Below are positions 12,265 to 24,175 of a DNA stretch of 38,119 nt, one piece after another. The notes beneath the pieces are model-generated. The model was given only the letters and a program-made list of their open reading frames with translations. It did no database searches and was not told where the DNA came from. Source of the DNA: Atractiella rhizophila. Its lineage: Eukaryota. A program made the position numbers and the translations under genes. Location of the stretch: the NCBI GenBank assembly GCA_021432655.1, contig MU271233.1, forward strand, positions 24,131 through 62,249, written 5' to 3'. Each line of letters begins with the position of its first letter. Positions within the stretch are counted from its first letter, which is position 1.

Positions 12265-13368
12265 TCAGTCCATCTCTGAGCAGAATGAATTTTTCAACTT
12301 GACTTCCACGCCGTTGTGAACCATCATCCGTAACAAGATCTCCTCATCCTCCTCCCGTGCTCTCCCTTCAAAGTCTACCTCAACCTCTTCCAGCGCTCCC
12401 CTCCCCTTCCTCAACCCTCCCAAAAATCGTCGTTGAATCTTCAAGATCCTCAACTTTGTACAACTCCTGATGATGGGCTCGAGGAAAGTTGATGCCACTC
12501 TCGCGAGCTCCCTCTCACTCAAATAATCATGCACCCTCAGCTGCAGCTCCTCCAAGTGTTCCAGGCCTGCAAGGGCGTCGCAGAGTAAGGAGAAAGAGCA
12601 ATTGTCCTGCGTTTTCAACGTCACGTCTACCTTCTCGAGGGAAGGAGCGGAAGCGATCGCAGATTCGATGCGAAGAGAAGGACTATAAGCAGCCTCGTCG
12701 AGGATGAGTGATTTGAGTGTGGAAGTAAAGAAGAATGAAGGGTATGCTTGACGATATGGAAACACCCGCATGGGGTTATTGATGTTGAGATGATAGAGCC
12801 ATCCCTGTCCTGCCTCTTCCGGGTTCCCCGAATGTGAGGCCGAGAGGTTTAATGGTGTACTACATTGAGTGGTCATGCTCAGCTTTTGAGGGCGACGCAG
12901 GACGACGGCATTCCACAGCGAGGTGTGGCCTATGTGCACCTTGTTGACATCTACCTTTTCCACCCTCTCCGTCAACTCGACAATAGATGCAACCACATTC
13001 AGATAATCCCTCGCGGTTTCCGACCAACTCAAAACCTCGGGAACCGTAATCTTCCTCACTGCATTAGCCAACGATGGGGAGGAGGCGAGTTGGGAGTGAC
13101 ATGATTGGATGTGGGTCTGAGAGATGGGCAAGTCGAGTGAGCGGACGAGAACTGGGAGGCAGATGGAATGGAATTGGCGTGAAACAAAGAGCATGGTGTG
13201 GAGTTCAGGCGAAGAGAGGTAGATGGCTATCAGATGGACTACGTCGAGACAGACTCGTGGTTGCGTGCTCGTCACACAACTACACCTCAGCTGATTAGCA
13301 TGGACCGCTCTTTTGCAGCAAGAAGGAGGTTTGGTACCATTTCGAACCAGGTGTCTTGTATAAACCAT
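12265..13368 (-). CDS. F-box-like / LRR-like hypothetical protein (367-aa single ORF)
   Basis: Long uninterrupted ORF. The N-terminal PRVCLDVVHLIAIYLSSPELHTMLFVSRQFHSICLPVL resembles fungal F-box motifs, followed by LxxLxL-like segments (LKSLIL, LEELQL, LRILKI). Start codon uncertain. Confidence 0.6.
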   Translation of the reverse strand: MVYTRHLVRNGTKPPSCCKRAVHANQLRCSCVTSTQPRVCLDVVHLIAIYLSSPELHTMLFVSRQFHSICLPVLVRSLDLPISQTHIQSCHSQLASSPSLANAVRKITVPEVLSWSETARDYLNVVASIVELTERVEKVDVNKVHIGHTSLWNAVVLRRPQKLSMTTQCSTPLNLSASHSGNPEEAGQGWLYHLNINNPMRVFPYRQAYPSFFFTSTLKSLILDEAAYSPSLRIESAIASAPSLEKVDVTLKTQDNCSFSLLCDALAGLEHLEELQLRVHDYLSERELARVASTFLEPIIRSCTKLRILKIQRRFLGGLRKGRGALEEVEVDFEGRAREEDEEILLRMMVHNGVEVKLKNSFCSEMD

Positions 13369-14220
13369 TCATCTTTCCAGTTCGATGTCACAGCGAATCC
13401 CATCGTCCCATATTACCACCGTTTATATAATAACGTTTCCCCGTCCCGAACTGAAGCTGTCGGCGCTTGTCCGGCGTAACTCCTCGCCTTGCGCAACTTG
13501 GATGGACATAGAAGCGTCTGTACCACATCAGGCCGCGCGGTTTTCGCTTTCGTACTCTCATCTGTACTACAACCAACCTAACCCTGGGCCATGGTGTCAG
13601 CTCGAGTTGAACCTGGATTACCACAAACGGCGAGAAGGAGATATGATATGTTTGCCAGAAGTTCCATGTCAGGAGAAGTCTACAGAAGAACAATTCGAAA
13701 AACGCTGGACTTTTTTGGCAGAGAATGAAGCTCGGGGCTGGTTCACTGGAGATTGGAAAGCAACCTAAGGGCAAGAGAAAATTAAAAAGATAATGGATTG
13801 TGGAGGATTGTGAGTAAGAAAAGGTGCAGACCGGCTTTGTCAAAAGGTTTGAAGTGGATCCAGCCGAGGTTGCACTCTTTCGCACTATCTCAAAGCGATA
13901 TCTTGTGGTCAAAAGACTTCGGCACGGAAAGGAGAGGGCAAAGCTTCAGCCACCACCACCACCCACCGAGCTTCATGACCATGCTCGCCAGAGAGGTAAT
14001 GGCTTTATGCCTGTCAGACAGATATATCGGCAATTATATGATGCACGAAGAGAGAACTGCATGTGGAAAGTCTCCAGCAAAAGCAAAACCCTCCATTTTG
14101 CACTTTGCCTGTGCAGTACTGAAAACTGAATGAATCAAGACTCTGGTATCCAACTTCCAAGTCGCGAGAGTAGACACTCACCCTATCGCCCGCCTCAAAT
14201 GCAGACGCTCACCACCTTCT

Positions 14221-14632
14221 CTATTTCGTCTTCGGCTTCTTCTTTTTAGGAAGACCAGCCATCATCATTCGCTCTTTCTTCTTTAATGTTCCAATGGCCA
14301 CTGTTCCATTCCGGACCGCCTTCCGAAACCTCCTACTTCCACCAATCTTCACCACATCCACATCCTTCTGTTTTCCCCAATCCCTCCATACCACTCCTGC
14401 ATCTCCAGCCTTTTCTGATATCGCCGTGCCATCAACCACGATCTGGTCGATGCGTCTGCGTTTTTCTTTTGCAGATACTTCATGTCGACGTTTTCTAGAC
14501 ACCAAATGAGGATGATATTTAAAGATAAGTGTGGAAAAGAACTTACAGTCGTTTTGATGGTGCGAGAAGTGGAGGAGACGGGGTGCGAAGGGAGACTGTG
14601 CGCGGAGGAAGATGGGAGAAGAGAGGGAACGG
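14221..14632 (-). CDS. Hypothetical basic protein, 3' exons only (5' end unresolved)
   Basis: A canonical gtaagt...tctag intron (about 14546-14495) joins RSLFSHLPPRTVSLRTPSPPLLAPSKRL to KRRHEVSAKEKRRRIDQ...KKKKPKTK*. It may extend upstream toward ORF 14796..15068. Confidence 0.35.
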
Positions 14633-17573
14633 CTTATCCATTATGCCCACTGATAAGCTTTGTAAACTTATCGATTTGACCAAAGGTATTGTCTGCTGTA
14701 AGTTTGCAGGCTTGCGTCCACAAATACTTCAAGCAGAGCACGGCCGAAGATAAAGTTAGGCGCGACATTCCACAAACCTTGGAAGTACGTCTCAATCATT
14801 CGTGCTGAGATCCACAAAGATCCTGACCAAGATCCACCGCTGAAAAGAAGCTGAGATCGTCAGGAAGGAGCTGGTCAGGAGACGCGAACGTGATCCGGTG
14901 AGGACTGGGCAGATGGGGACCGGTTGGAACGTCGAAGTGTGGCAGACGAACGACCAAGTTCTTATTGAAGGGAGGTTGGCCACTGATTTTGGGGGATGAT
15001 AAATATTTTGTGATGAGGAGAAAGGGTTGCATTACATCTGAGAGGGAGAGGATGATAGGGCAGATCATGCTGGGATGATGGAGTTGAAAGGGAACAGATG
15101 TACGCTCGCCCCTCCAGTTGTGTCTTTCATTCTTGCGGGGATCGAACTTTGTCTTTCTGCTTCCTTGTTTTCTTCAGAGTACTCCTCGAGCTACGAAATA
15201 GGCACTTGTACTGTATGACTTTCTTAGCATGGGTTCCTTCCCCTTCGAGAGTCGCTAGATCCGTTTGGCACCAGTAAGGAGATTGGTCGGATTGCAACAG
15301 ATAGCATCAGAACAGAGGAGGTAGGAATAGTCCGCACTCCCTCATCTTAGAATAGACGACTCTCAGGTCGCTAGACTTGATTGAGGATGAGCGAGTCAAA
15401 CCTCCTGTTTTCTCGTATTTGTTTTGATAGTTGCAATATTCAACGTATTGCATTCTTCTCCTCTGTATTGATGATTGAATGCCGGTTAGAATACAGGATG
15501 AAAGGGTAGCCTCAAGGAGAGCTAGCTGACCTTCAGTCCAAACTCATCGCTTATTCTTTGGCAGCCAGACGTCACAGCTTCCACTTTCGCATTTGATGGG
15601 CGAGACAGAGGAGTAACACCCGAGTGATACCTCCTGTGCACATTGTGCGCTCAGTGCAACATTTGCAGACTTTCTTTATCGTGTTTGCTCCAAGTTCATT
15701 CACCCCTCGTTCTTATCTTCGATTCAGCAGTTCACCGTTCCCATATTACAACAAAGGGGAATGGCTCACCTGCTTATGAATTGACTTTCTCTGTCACTGT
15801 CTGGGACACGAACCTATGCTCTCCTGAGTGGGATACAGTACATCAGAGTGAAAGAAAGAGGTGATGGAACAGGTCTGCTCTGATGGGTTTTCTTGGCCGT
15901 ATCGCCTGCTGGCAGATGCTTTTACTGTAGTTTCTTCTTTAGAGGAGGTTGGAAATAAAGACGTCACCCTTTTCTGATACCTCTAACGTATCGAAGCCGG
16001 ACTAGTGCACCTGAGAATTGCAATAAACGTGATTTCCTGCTCCTCCTTGCTTTGCCATAAGCCATGAGGAAGACACATTCCGTCATTGAGCGTTGAAGTC
16101 GAACCGAACCCTTTCCAACTAGTTTACATATCATATTTTACGCGAGGGTTAATAAAACCTGTGCATGTGAATCTCCAGCCCGGAGAGAATTGCAGCTGAA
16201 GAGGTGCTCCGTGAATCCATCTGTTGTCCCTTCTATCTAAAACTCGTCGATGGGCTGATTGCGTTCTTCAACAACACCGCTGTTTGGGATACATCGTGTG
16301 GCGGAAGTTTATGGAATCGGGTTCATGGTGAAGCATACATGTTACTTATAGCTTGAAACGTGCATGAGTGGCGTGAGGATGTTGCATTTGTGTACTTGAA
16401 CATGCCGAGCAACATAAAGTTAGGAATTCATCCCGTCCGACCTGAGCTTATACACGCGAGCTCGCTGAACCCGAGCAATTGTGTTGGGTCGGGACGCTCC
16501 GAAATTGGTTCGGAGGGACGCAAGGAGTGTTGCAGGACGATGTGACTTGAGGAACACCTTAAGTGCTGTGAGAGATGTGTGCGGAAGCTTTCCTCGTTGG
16601 CATATCGGATCGATTGCTTCACATATGAACGTCAAGTTTTATGGCAACGGGCCGGCGAAGATGGAAGGAGGAGCTGCGTGGAGGTCCTTCAGGAGAATGA
16701 CTGAATTGTATTTCTTCACGGTGGTGGAATATCACGAAGGAACAATCTCCACCCAAGTCCCTCGTGCTCTTCTAAGTTCCGACGTTATTGCCGTCGCGAC
16801 CCCTTCATCTGTTCGCGCAATGGTTCAGCCAGGTTTTGTCTTTTCATCACCGAGTTGGTCAGAATGCGTCAGAATGAAGAGGACGATGATTGTGACTTCC
16901 CACGCTCCGACATAGTCCCTGACAGCTTTCATGAAATTCATCAGTGAGGGAGGCAGCGGATACCGACCGTAACTCATCGGTCACTCCGGAAGGGCTATTG
17001 ACCCAGCAGTTTGGGAGCTATCACTGCACTTATCCCAACAAATTTTTGATTCGTAATGCTTACAGAAGCCATAAGCGTCTTCACTTTCCCATCGCTAAGG
17101 CTACTGTTGTAGGGTTGAAAGTCTTTTCAAGCTAAACCAATTGTTCTTTTCAACGAATAGCCCAATTATGTCACAAACACCTCCCCAAATTGTCCCAAAG
17201 AAAGTCGATAAAATATGATGAAGATGTTTGGCACCGAGTAGATGAAGTTTGAATGTGGAAAGCAGAGGAAAGGTTTTGTTTGAATGGAAGTAATGCGAGA
17301 GGATACAGGCTTGTTGGGTCTAAGTCGAAAAATAAGAGGACATACACGCACCACCTCTGAAAGATTGATTGGTAGTAAAACAATGAGAATGAACTGGAGC
17401 AGAGAAGATGAGGTACAGAAGGAGGGACGGATCGTTCTTAGTTTTAGTTCCTTCCCCGTGGGAAGGTTTTGGGAGTTGAAGGTCGTGCGGCCACGGCGTC
17501 TCTGATCCCTTCTTCTTTACCTCGCGCTGCACGCGGGATGAAGGAAGTGGCTCACGGCGCCACAACTTTTGCC

Positions 17574-18088
17574 TTATTTTTGCTTTTCGCGGCTTGGATC
17601 CTGCGAAGAAGGTTAACACCAGAATCGAGATGGTAGAGATTAGCTCACAGCGAAGTCAACGACGAGGGCTCTCCCGTCTGAGTTACTGCTCAGTTTTAAC
17701 TGGTGGCGCAGAAGAGGTACTTACCCTTGCCCTCAAGTCAGTGCTGGAAGAGAGAGAGCATCAGAAAGAGACTCACAATGTGGAAACCATTCAAGGATGT
17801 ACCTGGTAAAAACGAGATGAGTGACATGTTGTGCTGTCGAGAAGTGGCGTACAGGCTTTCATGGCATCTCCCTGGTCCCGAAAGGTGACGAAGCCATAGC
17901 CTCTGCTCTTGTTCGGGGTATCTTTCTCCATCATAATCACGCAATCCTGAATTGCCCCATACTGCACGAAGAGCGTTCGTAGTGTGGTGTGGTCGAGATT
18001 GTAGGGGAGGTTGCCGACATAGAGCTTTTTGTTGGGGCTATCGTCCCAGTCAATCAGGAAACAGATGGTCGAATGGCACCAACTTCAT
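17574..18088 (-). CDS. Small single-RRM RNA-binding protein (90 aa), six coding exons including a predicted 1-nt exon
   Basis: Exons 18088-18084, 18037-17853, 17802-17777, 17725, 17677-17649 and 17600-17574 total 273 nt and encode MNPNKKLYVGNLPYNLDHTTLRTLFVQYGAIQDCVIMMEKDTPNKSRGYGFVTFRDQGDAMKACTSLNGFHIDGRALVVDFADPSREKQK*. RNP2 is LYVGNL and RNP1 is RGYGFVTF. TATA-like tatataat near 18188-18195. Not present in the ORF track. Confidence 0.88.
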
Positions 18089-18802
18089 TTTGGGTTTGGC
18101 GAACAGGAGTCGTGAACAACAGAATATGTAAAGGACGAAGGAGAACAGATGCTCCTTGAAGCCACCACGGAAAGCTGACAAAAAGTGATTATATACGAGG
18201 GAAGGAAGGAGTGTGAAGCTGAGGTGGGAATACCGTGTGGCCACGACCTTTTTCTTTTATACTCTCATCGGAGTAGAAATCTCGATTTTGCACACATATG
18301 GCCTGAACCGTAACTCTAAGCTCCCTGCTTGGACCGGAACCCCCATTTTTCAGTCCATAGCTTGTCCAGCATCTGATTACACGATAACCTTGCTAAGATT
18401 TTAGTAACAGGCAGTTTAACGGTGGCGCTGGACCGACTTCTCAGCCAGCATCGAGGATTCGGGATGCTCGACATTGTCACTCTAACTTTTTGTGGAAGCT
18501 CCCCTCTCCCCTCGCTCGCCGGGTAAAATCTACAGCGGGCTGAGGCTATGGCGAAACGCGTGTTGAATTTCCATTCCGGGCTGACAAAACCTGGTCAGGA
18601 AAAAAAGAGGTGGGCAGGGCAGAGGGAATTTCCGAGTTAAATTGCACACAGAAGGAAGCATGATAATAGTGGCGCTCTGGCAAAGAAGCGGAAGAGTGGA
18701 ATTTCAAAAGTGGTCGGGAGGGGATCCATGAGGACGGGTCAGGAAGCTGCAGGAGATGATTGATTATGATGAAATGGATATGCAAGCGATTTTCAAAACA
18801 GA

Positions 18803-21800
18803 TCAAGCCGCCTTATTCGTCCATGACAAATACGGCTCTTTGTGCCTATCATTCGCGCTGCTGGTTGTTCTCGTGCTCCGACGTGTCTCCTGATGAGGCT
18901 TCAAAAGGTTCGCGAGGTCCTAGAAAGGATGGGTCAGGGACAAATCCAAATAAAAGGGAAGATGGGCATCGGGGAATCGAAGCAGATGCAATTGTAATAT
19001 CCGACTGTCGCAATGTGGACTATTGAATCGCATATTTAGGGAAGTCTTCGCATTAGAGGGACCTTCATGCATGGGGAAAACTTTTATCTGATATGCTTAA
19101 AGAAGCGGAGCTCCAAAAAGATTCAAGCGGAAATGAATGAAGCGATGAAGAATAAAGAGGTGAAAATAAACGAGGGAAATTAAATGAGGGAATAACTCAC
19201 CGCTTGGCGCCTGCTCGCGCTCGCGAGAATACCATTCCGCCACTTCAGCAGCTGAGTTCGGAGGTTGTGCTCGCGGTTGCCCTTATTATTCAACCAAAGA
19301 AACAATTCATCGAACTGAGCCAGGCATGAGTCTCCTTATGGGAACTGAGATAGCACAGGACTCACCTCTTCTTCAGTTTCGAGCCAACCCCATTCGCCAT
19401 TGGACAATATCGCAGCATCGTTACCCGTTTCTTTCCTCAAACGCCCCACTACCTGTTCCTCACCCATTTGCTTCTCACACATCATGAACCAATCCGCTCT
19501 CGTCGGTCCTTGAACCATTAGCCTTCCTGTGGCAGTAGGAACCGTCTTCTCTGTCCCTCCGAGTCCATCGAACCACCAATATGTGTTGTAAAACCTATCT
19601 TGGCCCAAAGGACGCGTTCTCGGGATGTGATAACATCGTCTAAAGTCCCTCTCCCACGCTTCTTCCTTCTTCGAGAGCACCGTCAAGCTCTCTTCTACTT
19701 CAGATGCCTTCTGTTTCGCCTTAATTGCTTCGAGAGTAGCTGATCCGGTCACCGGCGCCGCCTCATCAGAAGAAGAAGCGAGCTCATCAATCTCTTCTTC
19801 CGCTTCTTCTTCGTCGTCCGGTTCGGAGAGTTGGGAGAGTGCGGACGAAGTATTGGAGAGTTGAGAGGTGGATGGAGCGGTCGAGGGGACTTTGGAGGAG
19901 TTGGCAGGCTTCGGTATCTTCGGATGACCGTTGGCTTTCGAAGGTTTGGAATTCGCTGTATTTGCATTAGGATCGACTTTCCCATCGGGTTTATCAACGA
20001 GCCTGCCCAACAATACAGTTACATCAGACGACTTGCCCAAACCCAAAGAAAATATCCATCTAGGCAAACAAATATCCAGCAAAGTAAAACACTCACAGCC
20101 TCTTCCTCTCTCTCCCCCACTCCACCTTCTCCTTCCTCATTTCCGTCAAAGTTCCTTCCGTCTCCTCAATATGGCTTCTAACCATCTTCCCATATCCAAC
20201 CACCAAATCAACTAGGAAAACTAAAACGCTGATTTTCTCCCTTATCCCCATACTAACATATCGATCCCACATGTCGGGCGAATCTTCATCTGACAACTGC
20301 GACAATTGAGATAACACGGTATCAGGAGCAGAAGCTGAAAGTCTAGACTGAGACTGATCGAGGCCCATCTTAATGTCCGCGTCTGACAACGCGAAGTGTC
20401 TCACGATCCGTTCCATCTCTCCTACCTTCTCAAACCCTCCTCTCTGCAACAGACAGCCCAACAGCGCCTTCTCCCAGCCTTCTCTATCCTTATCCGCCTT
20501 GAGCTTCGTGCGATCCCAATTCTTCGTCAGCTCTATAGCCCGCTTGATGTTCCTCTGTATAGGCGTAGGCGTTATATCACCCCCGAGGCGGAGGCGCGCA
20601 CTGTATTGCGACCCTGGAACTCTGAGGGATTCGTTGATGATCTGATTGAGCAGGACGGCGTGTACTTCGGCTACGAGGGGGCAGGAAGTGTAGGAATCGG
20701 TGTGAAGAAGGGAGGATATGAAATCGTCGAGTGTGAATGGAGAAATCTGAAGTGGTCGTCTATCATGCTCGTTAGGAACGCGTTCTCTGCAATAATATGT
20801 TGAACAGAACGACTAACCCGTAAATATTGACGAAATTGTACACCAGCATGAGCGAATCGATCATGTCAGAGGGGACGCCAAGGAAGTTCTTGTGGAGTGA
20901 CGGCTTGGTAGGGAGTGTTGGAAGGTCGGACTGCCTTCGCAACAGTCTACCATCGAAAATAGACATAGGATCGAGGTCCAGGTCCTCAATGGGATACTTC
21001 ACCTTCTTCGGGCTCGCCTTTTCTACGGGAATCTCAACCTCCATAGGCTCCTGCTCTTCCTCCACCTTCTTCCCTTTCCCCCTCCCCTTCCCTTTCCCTC
21101 CCGCCGCAGTCTTCTTCTTCGTCTCGACCGGGATCGCTTCTCCGCTCTCTCCTTTCCTCCTTTTCACATCTTTATTTTCAGCCCACGTCTTCTTCCTCTT
21201 CTCCAACTTTCCCTCCCTCGCCTTCCTCAGCTTATCTTTCAATTCGTCCGTCTCCTCAGTCTTCACTCCATGCTCCCTCGCCAGGTCAGGAGTGACGACC
21301 CACGGGCTTCCCACTGCTGAGTTTCTCGTCAGACACTCCTTGAGAAACCTCTTGATGATTGCCTTTGAAAAAGCTGTTCGATCCCTCGACAGAGAAACGT
21401 TGCCGACCTCAGATTCCATTCCGCTATAACGATCTTTATCCGGATTCTTCTCTGAGGAAAGCACTCGAACGCTGTATGCATAAACAGCAGGATCGTCGAT
21501 CCTCTTTATGGTATTGAGGTCCAAGTCGAGGTCTGTACCGAGGAGGTGAATGATGGAACGATAGTCTGTATTGTCGACGACTTTGCGAGAGGATGTCGAA
21601 GGGGACGAGGTGTTCGGTGGGAGTTGAGGGAGGGAAATGGCTGAGAAATGGGACTTGACGTTCGGAGGTGGGGTGACCTTGACGATTTCGCAGAGATACC
21701 TTTCCTCACCACGTCAGTCGCAATGCAAGGGCGAGACCATGAAGAACACACCTCTCTCCACCCAACTCCACTGCAACGGTTTCCCCTGGCCAATAACGGT

Positions 21801-22260
21801 CCTTGAAACGATCGTACACGCGATCAACGAGCGTGTCTAAACGTCCACAGACCTCTACTCAAATGTGTGAGGACACCTCCACTAAGACATAAGTATGGAA
21901 GGACGTACGCCACTGCACCCTCCTCAATACCGGTCCCTTCAGCTCCTCCACAAACCTGTCATTCACAATCTTGCTCTCCTTCTTCTCGCTCTCCAACGCT
22001 TCGAAATACGAAAAGCCCAGTTTTCCGGAGAAGGAACACTGGAAAATGGGGCGACGGAGGTGTAACATTCGTTTCGCGAATTGCCTAAACCCGTTCAACT
22101 CAACAACTAGAACCCGACGAGTTCAGAGAGGAACGAACTCGTATTGCAGAAATATTTCGCCCGTGGCTTCGATGTACCAGACGGGGTGGTCGGGTGGAAC
22201 GCTGTTCAACGCCGCGGGTGGTGGGATAAGAGCGACCTGTTTCCTCTTGAGCACAGGCAT
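18803..22260 (-). CDS. ITC1: ISWI chromatin-remodelling complex subunit, Itc1/ACF1-like (WAC, DDT, WHIM/WSD)
   Basis: WAC: MPVLKRKQV...VWYIEATGEIFLQYE...RRPIFQCSFSGKLGFSYFEALESE. Also LSRDRTAFSK, KYPIEDLDL, DDT (ISPFTLDDF...EVHAVLL), WSD (RPLGQDRFYNTYWWFDG; WLNNKGNREHNL) and last exon ...YLSWTNKAA*. Confidence 0.92.
18990..19135 (-). ncRNA. Candidate intronic box H/ACA-like snoRNA
   Basis: Lies inside a 281-nt intron (18920-19200). Three stem-loops seen by eye, an ANANNA box (AUAUCA or AGAUAA) after hairpin 1, and ACA+3 nt directly after hairpin 3. Confidence 0.45.
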
Positions 22261-24044
22261 TGGCAACGTTCGTGTTTTGGATAGACAAGTCGTGGCTACG
22301 AGTGAGCTGGGATATGTATTCTCGTCGTTTTCGGGTGTTCGTCTGCGGGAGTTGGCGTTAAGGGGGCAGGAAGTGTTGGAATCGGCGTGAAGAAGGGAGG
22401 ATATGAAATCGTCGAACGTGAATGGAGAAATCTGAAGTGGTCGTCTATCATGCTCGTTAGGAACGCGTCCTCTGCAATAATAAGTTGAACAGAACGACGA
22501 ACCCGTAAATATTGACGAAATTGTACACCAGCATGAGCGAATCGATCATGTCAGAGGGAACGCCGAGGAAATTCTTGTGCAGTGACGGCTTGGTGGGGAG
22601 TGTTGGAAGGTCGGACTGCCTTCGCAAGAGTCTACCATCGAAGATAGACATAGGATCAAGGTCCAGGTCCTCAATGGGATACTTGACCTTCTTCGGGCTC
22701 GCCTTTTCTACGGGAATCTCAACCTCCATAGGCTCCTGCTCTTCCTCCACCTTCTTTCCTTTCCCTTTCCCCTTCCCTTTCCCTCCGGCCGCAGTTTTCT
22801 TTTTCGTCTCGACCGGGATCGCTTCTCCACTCTCTCCTTTCCTCCTCTTCACATCCTTATTTTCAGCCCAGGTCTTCTTCCTCTTCTCCAACTTTCCCTC
22901 CCTCGCCTTCCTCAGCTTATCTTTCAATTCGTCCGTCTCCTCAGTCTTCACTCCATGCTCCCTCGCCAGTTCAGGAGTGACGACCCACGGACTTCCCACT
23001 GCTGAGTTTCTTGTCAGACACTCCTTGAGGAACCTCTTGATGATTGCCTTCGAAAAAGCCGTTCGATCCCTCGACAGAGAAACGTTGCCGACCTCAGATT
23101 CCATCCCGCTATAACGATCTTTATCCGGATTCTTCTCCGATGAAAGTACTCGAACGCTGTATGCATAAACAGCAGGATCGTCGATCCTCTTTATGGTATT
23201 GAGGTCCAAGTCGAGGTCTGTACCGAGGAGGTGAATGATGGAACGATAGTCTGTGTTGTCGACGACTTTGCGGGAGGATGTCGAAGGGGACGAGGTGTTC
23301 GGTGGGAGTTGAGGGAGGGAAATGGCTGAGAAATGGGATTTGACGTTCGGTGGTGGGGTGACCTTGACGATTTCGCAGAGATATCTTTCCTTACCCCGTC
23401 AGTCGCAATGCAAGGGCGAGACCATGAAGAACACACCTCTCTCCACCCAACTCCACTGCAACGGTTTCCCCTGGCCAATAACGGTCTTTGAAACGATCGT
23501 ACACGCGATCAACGAGCGTGTCTAAACGTCCACAGACCTCTACTCAAATGTGTGAGGACACCTCCACTAAGACATAAGTATGGAAGGACGTACGCCACTG
23601 CACCCTCCTCAATACGGGACCCTTCAGCTCCTCCACAAACCTGTCATTCACAATCTTGCTCTCCTTCTTCTCGCTCTCCAACGCTTCGAAATACGACAAG
23701 CCCAGTTTTCCGGAGAAGGAGCACTGGAAAATTGGGCGTCGGAGGTGTAACATTCGTTTCGCGAATTGCCTAAACCCGTTCGACTCAACAACTAGAACCC
23801 GACGAGTTCAGAGAGGAACGAACTCGTATTGCAGAAATATTTCGCCCGTGGCTTCGATGTACCAGACGGGGTGGTCGGGTGGAACGCTGTTCAACGCCGC
23901 GGGTGGTGGGATAAGAGCGACCTGTTTCCTCTTGAGCACAGGCATTGGCAACGTTCGTGTTTTGGATAGACAAGTCGTGGCTACGAGTGAGCTGGGATAT
24001 GTATTCTCGTCGTTTTCGGGTGTTCGTCTGCGGGAGTTGGCGTT
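20676..24044. repeat. Tandem duplication 2: unit 20676-22359, single 'a' at 22360, unit 22361-24044 (1684 bp)
   Basis: ORF pairs offset by 1685 (20772/22457, 21506/23191). Junction reads ggcgtt|a|agggggcagg. Scattered, mostly synonymous SNPs. Confidence 0.97.
22361..23945 (-). CDS. ITC1: Second, 3'-truncated copy (or allele) of the ITC1 5' half, from WAC to the start of DDT
   Basis: ATG at 23945 with intact upstream DNA. The copy breaks at 22361 inside DDT and runs in frame into the 5' leader of copy 1. Confidence 0.7.
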
Positions 24045-24163
24045 CAAATTAGGGCGAGAGACGAAAAAGATTTTTCGGGGGGTTAGAGCAAAAAGGAATC
24101 GAGGAGGAAAGAGAGAAACGCCTCTTTTATGGATTCGCGCTTCTTGCCAGTCCGCCGCGTGCG

Positions 24164-24175
24164 CCCTAACCCTAA
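24164..24175. promoter_or_regulatory. (CCCTAA)2 telobox-like motif upstream of ITC1
   Basis: ccctaaccctaa about 220 nt upstream of the ATG at 23945. Function is inferred only. Confidence 0.3.

Noticed and set aside
20827..23114. Phe/Ser-rich 200-aa plus-strand ORFs
   Set aside because: Antisense shadows of Lys/Glu-rich ITC1 exons.
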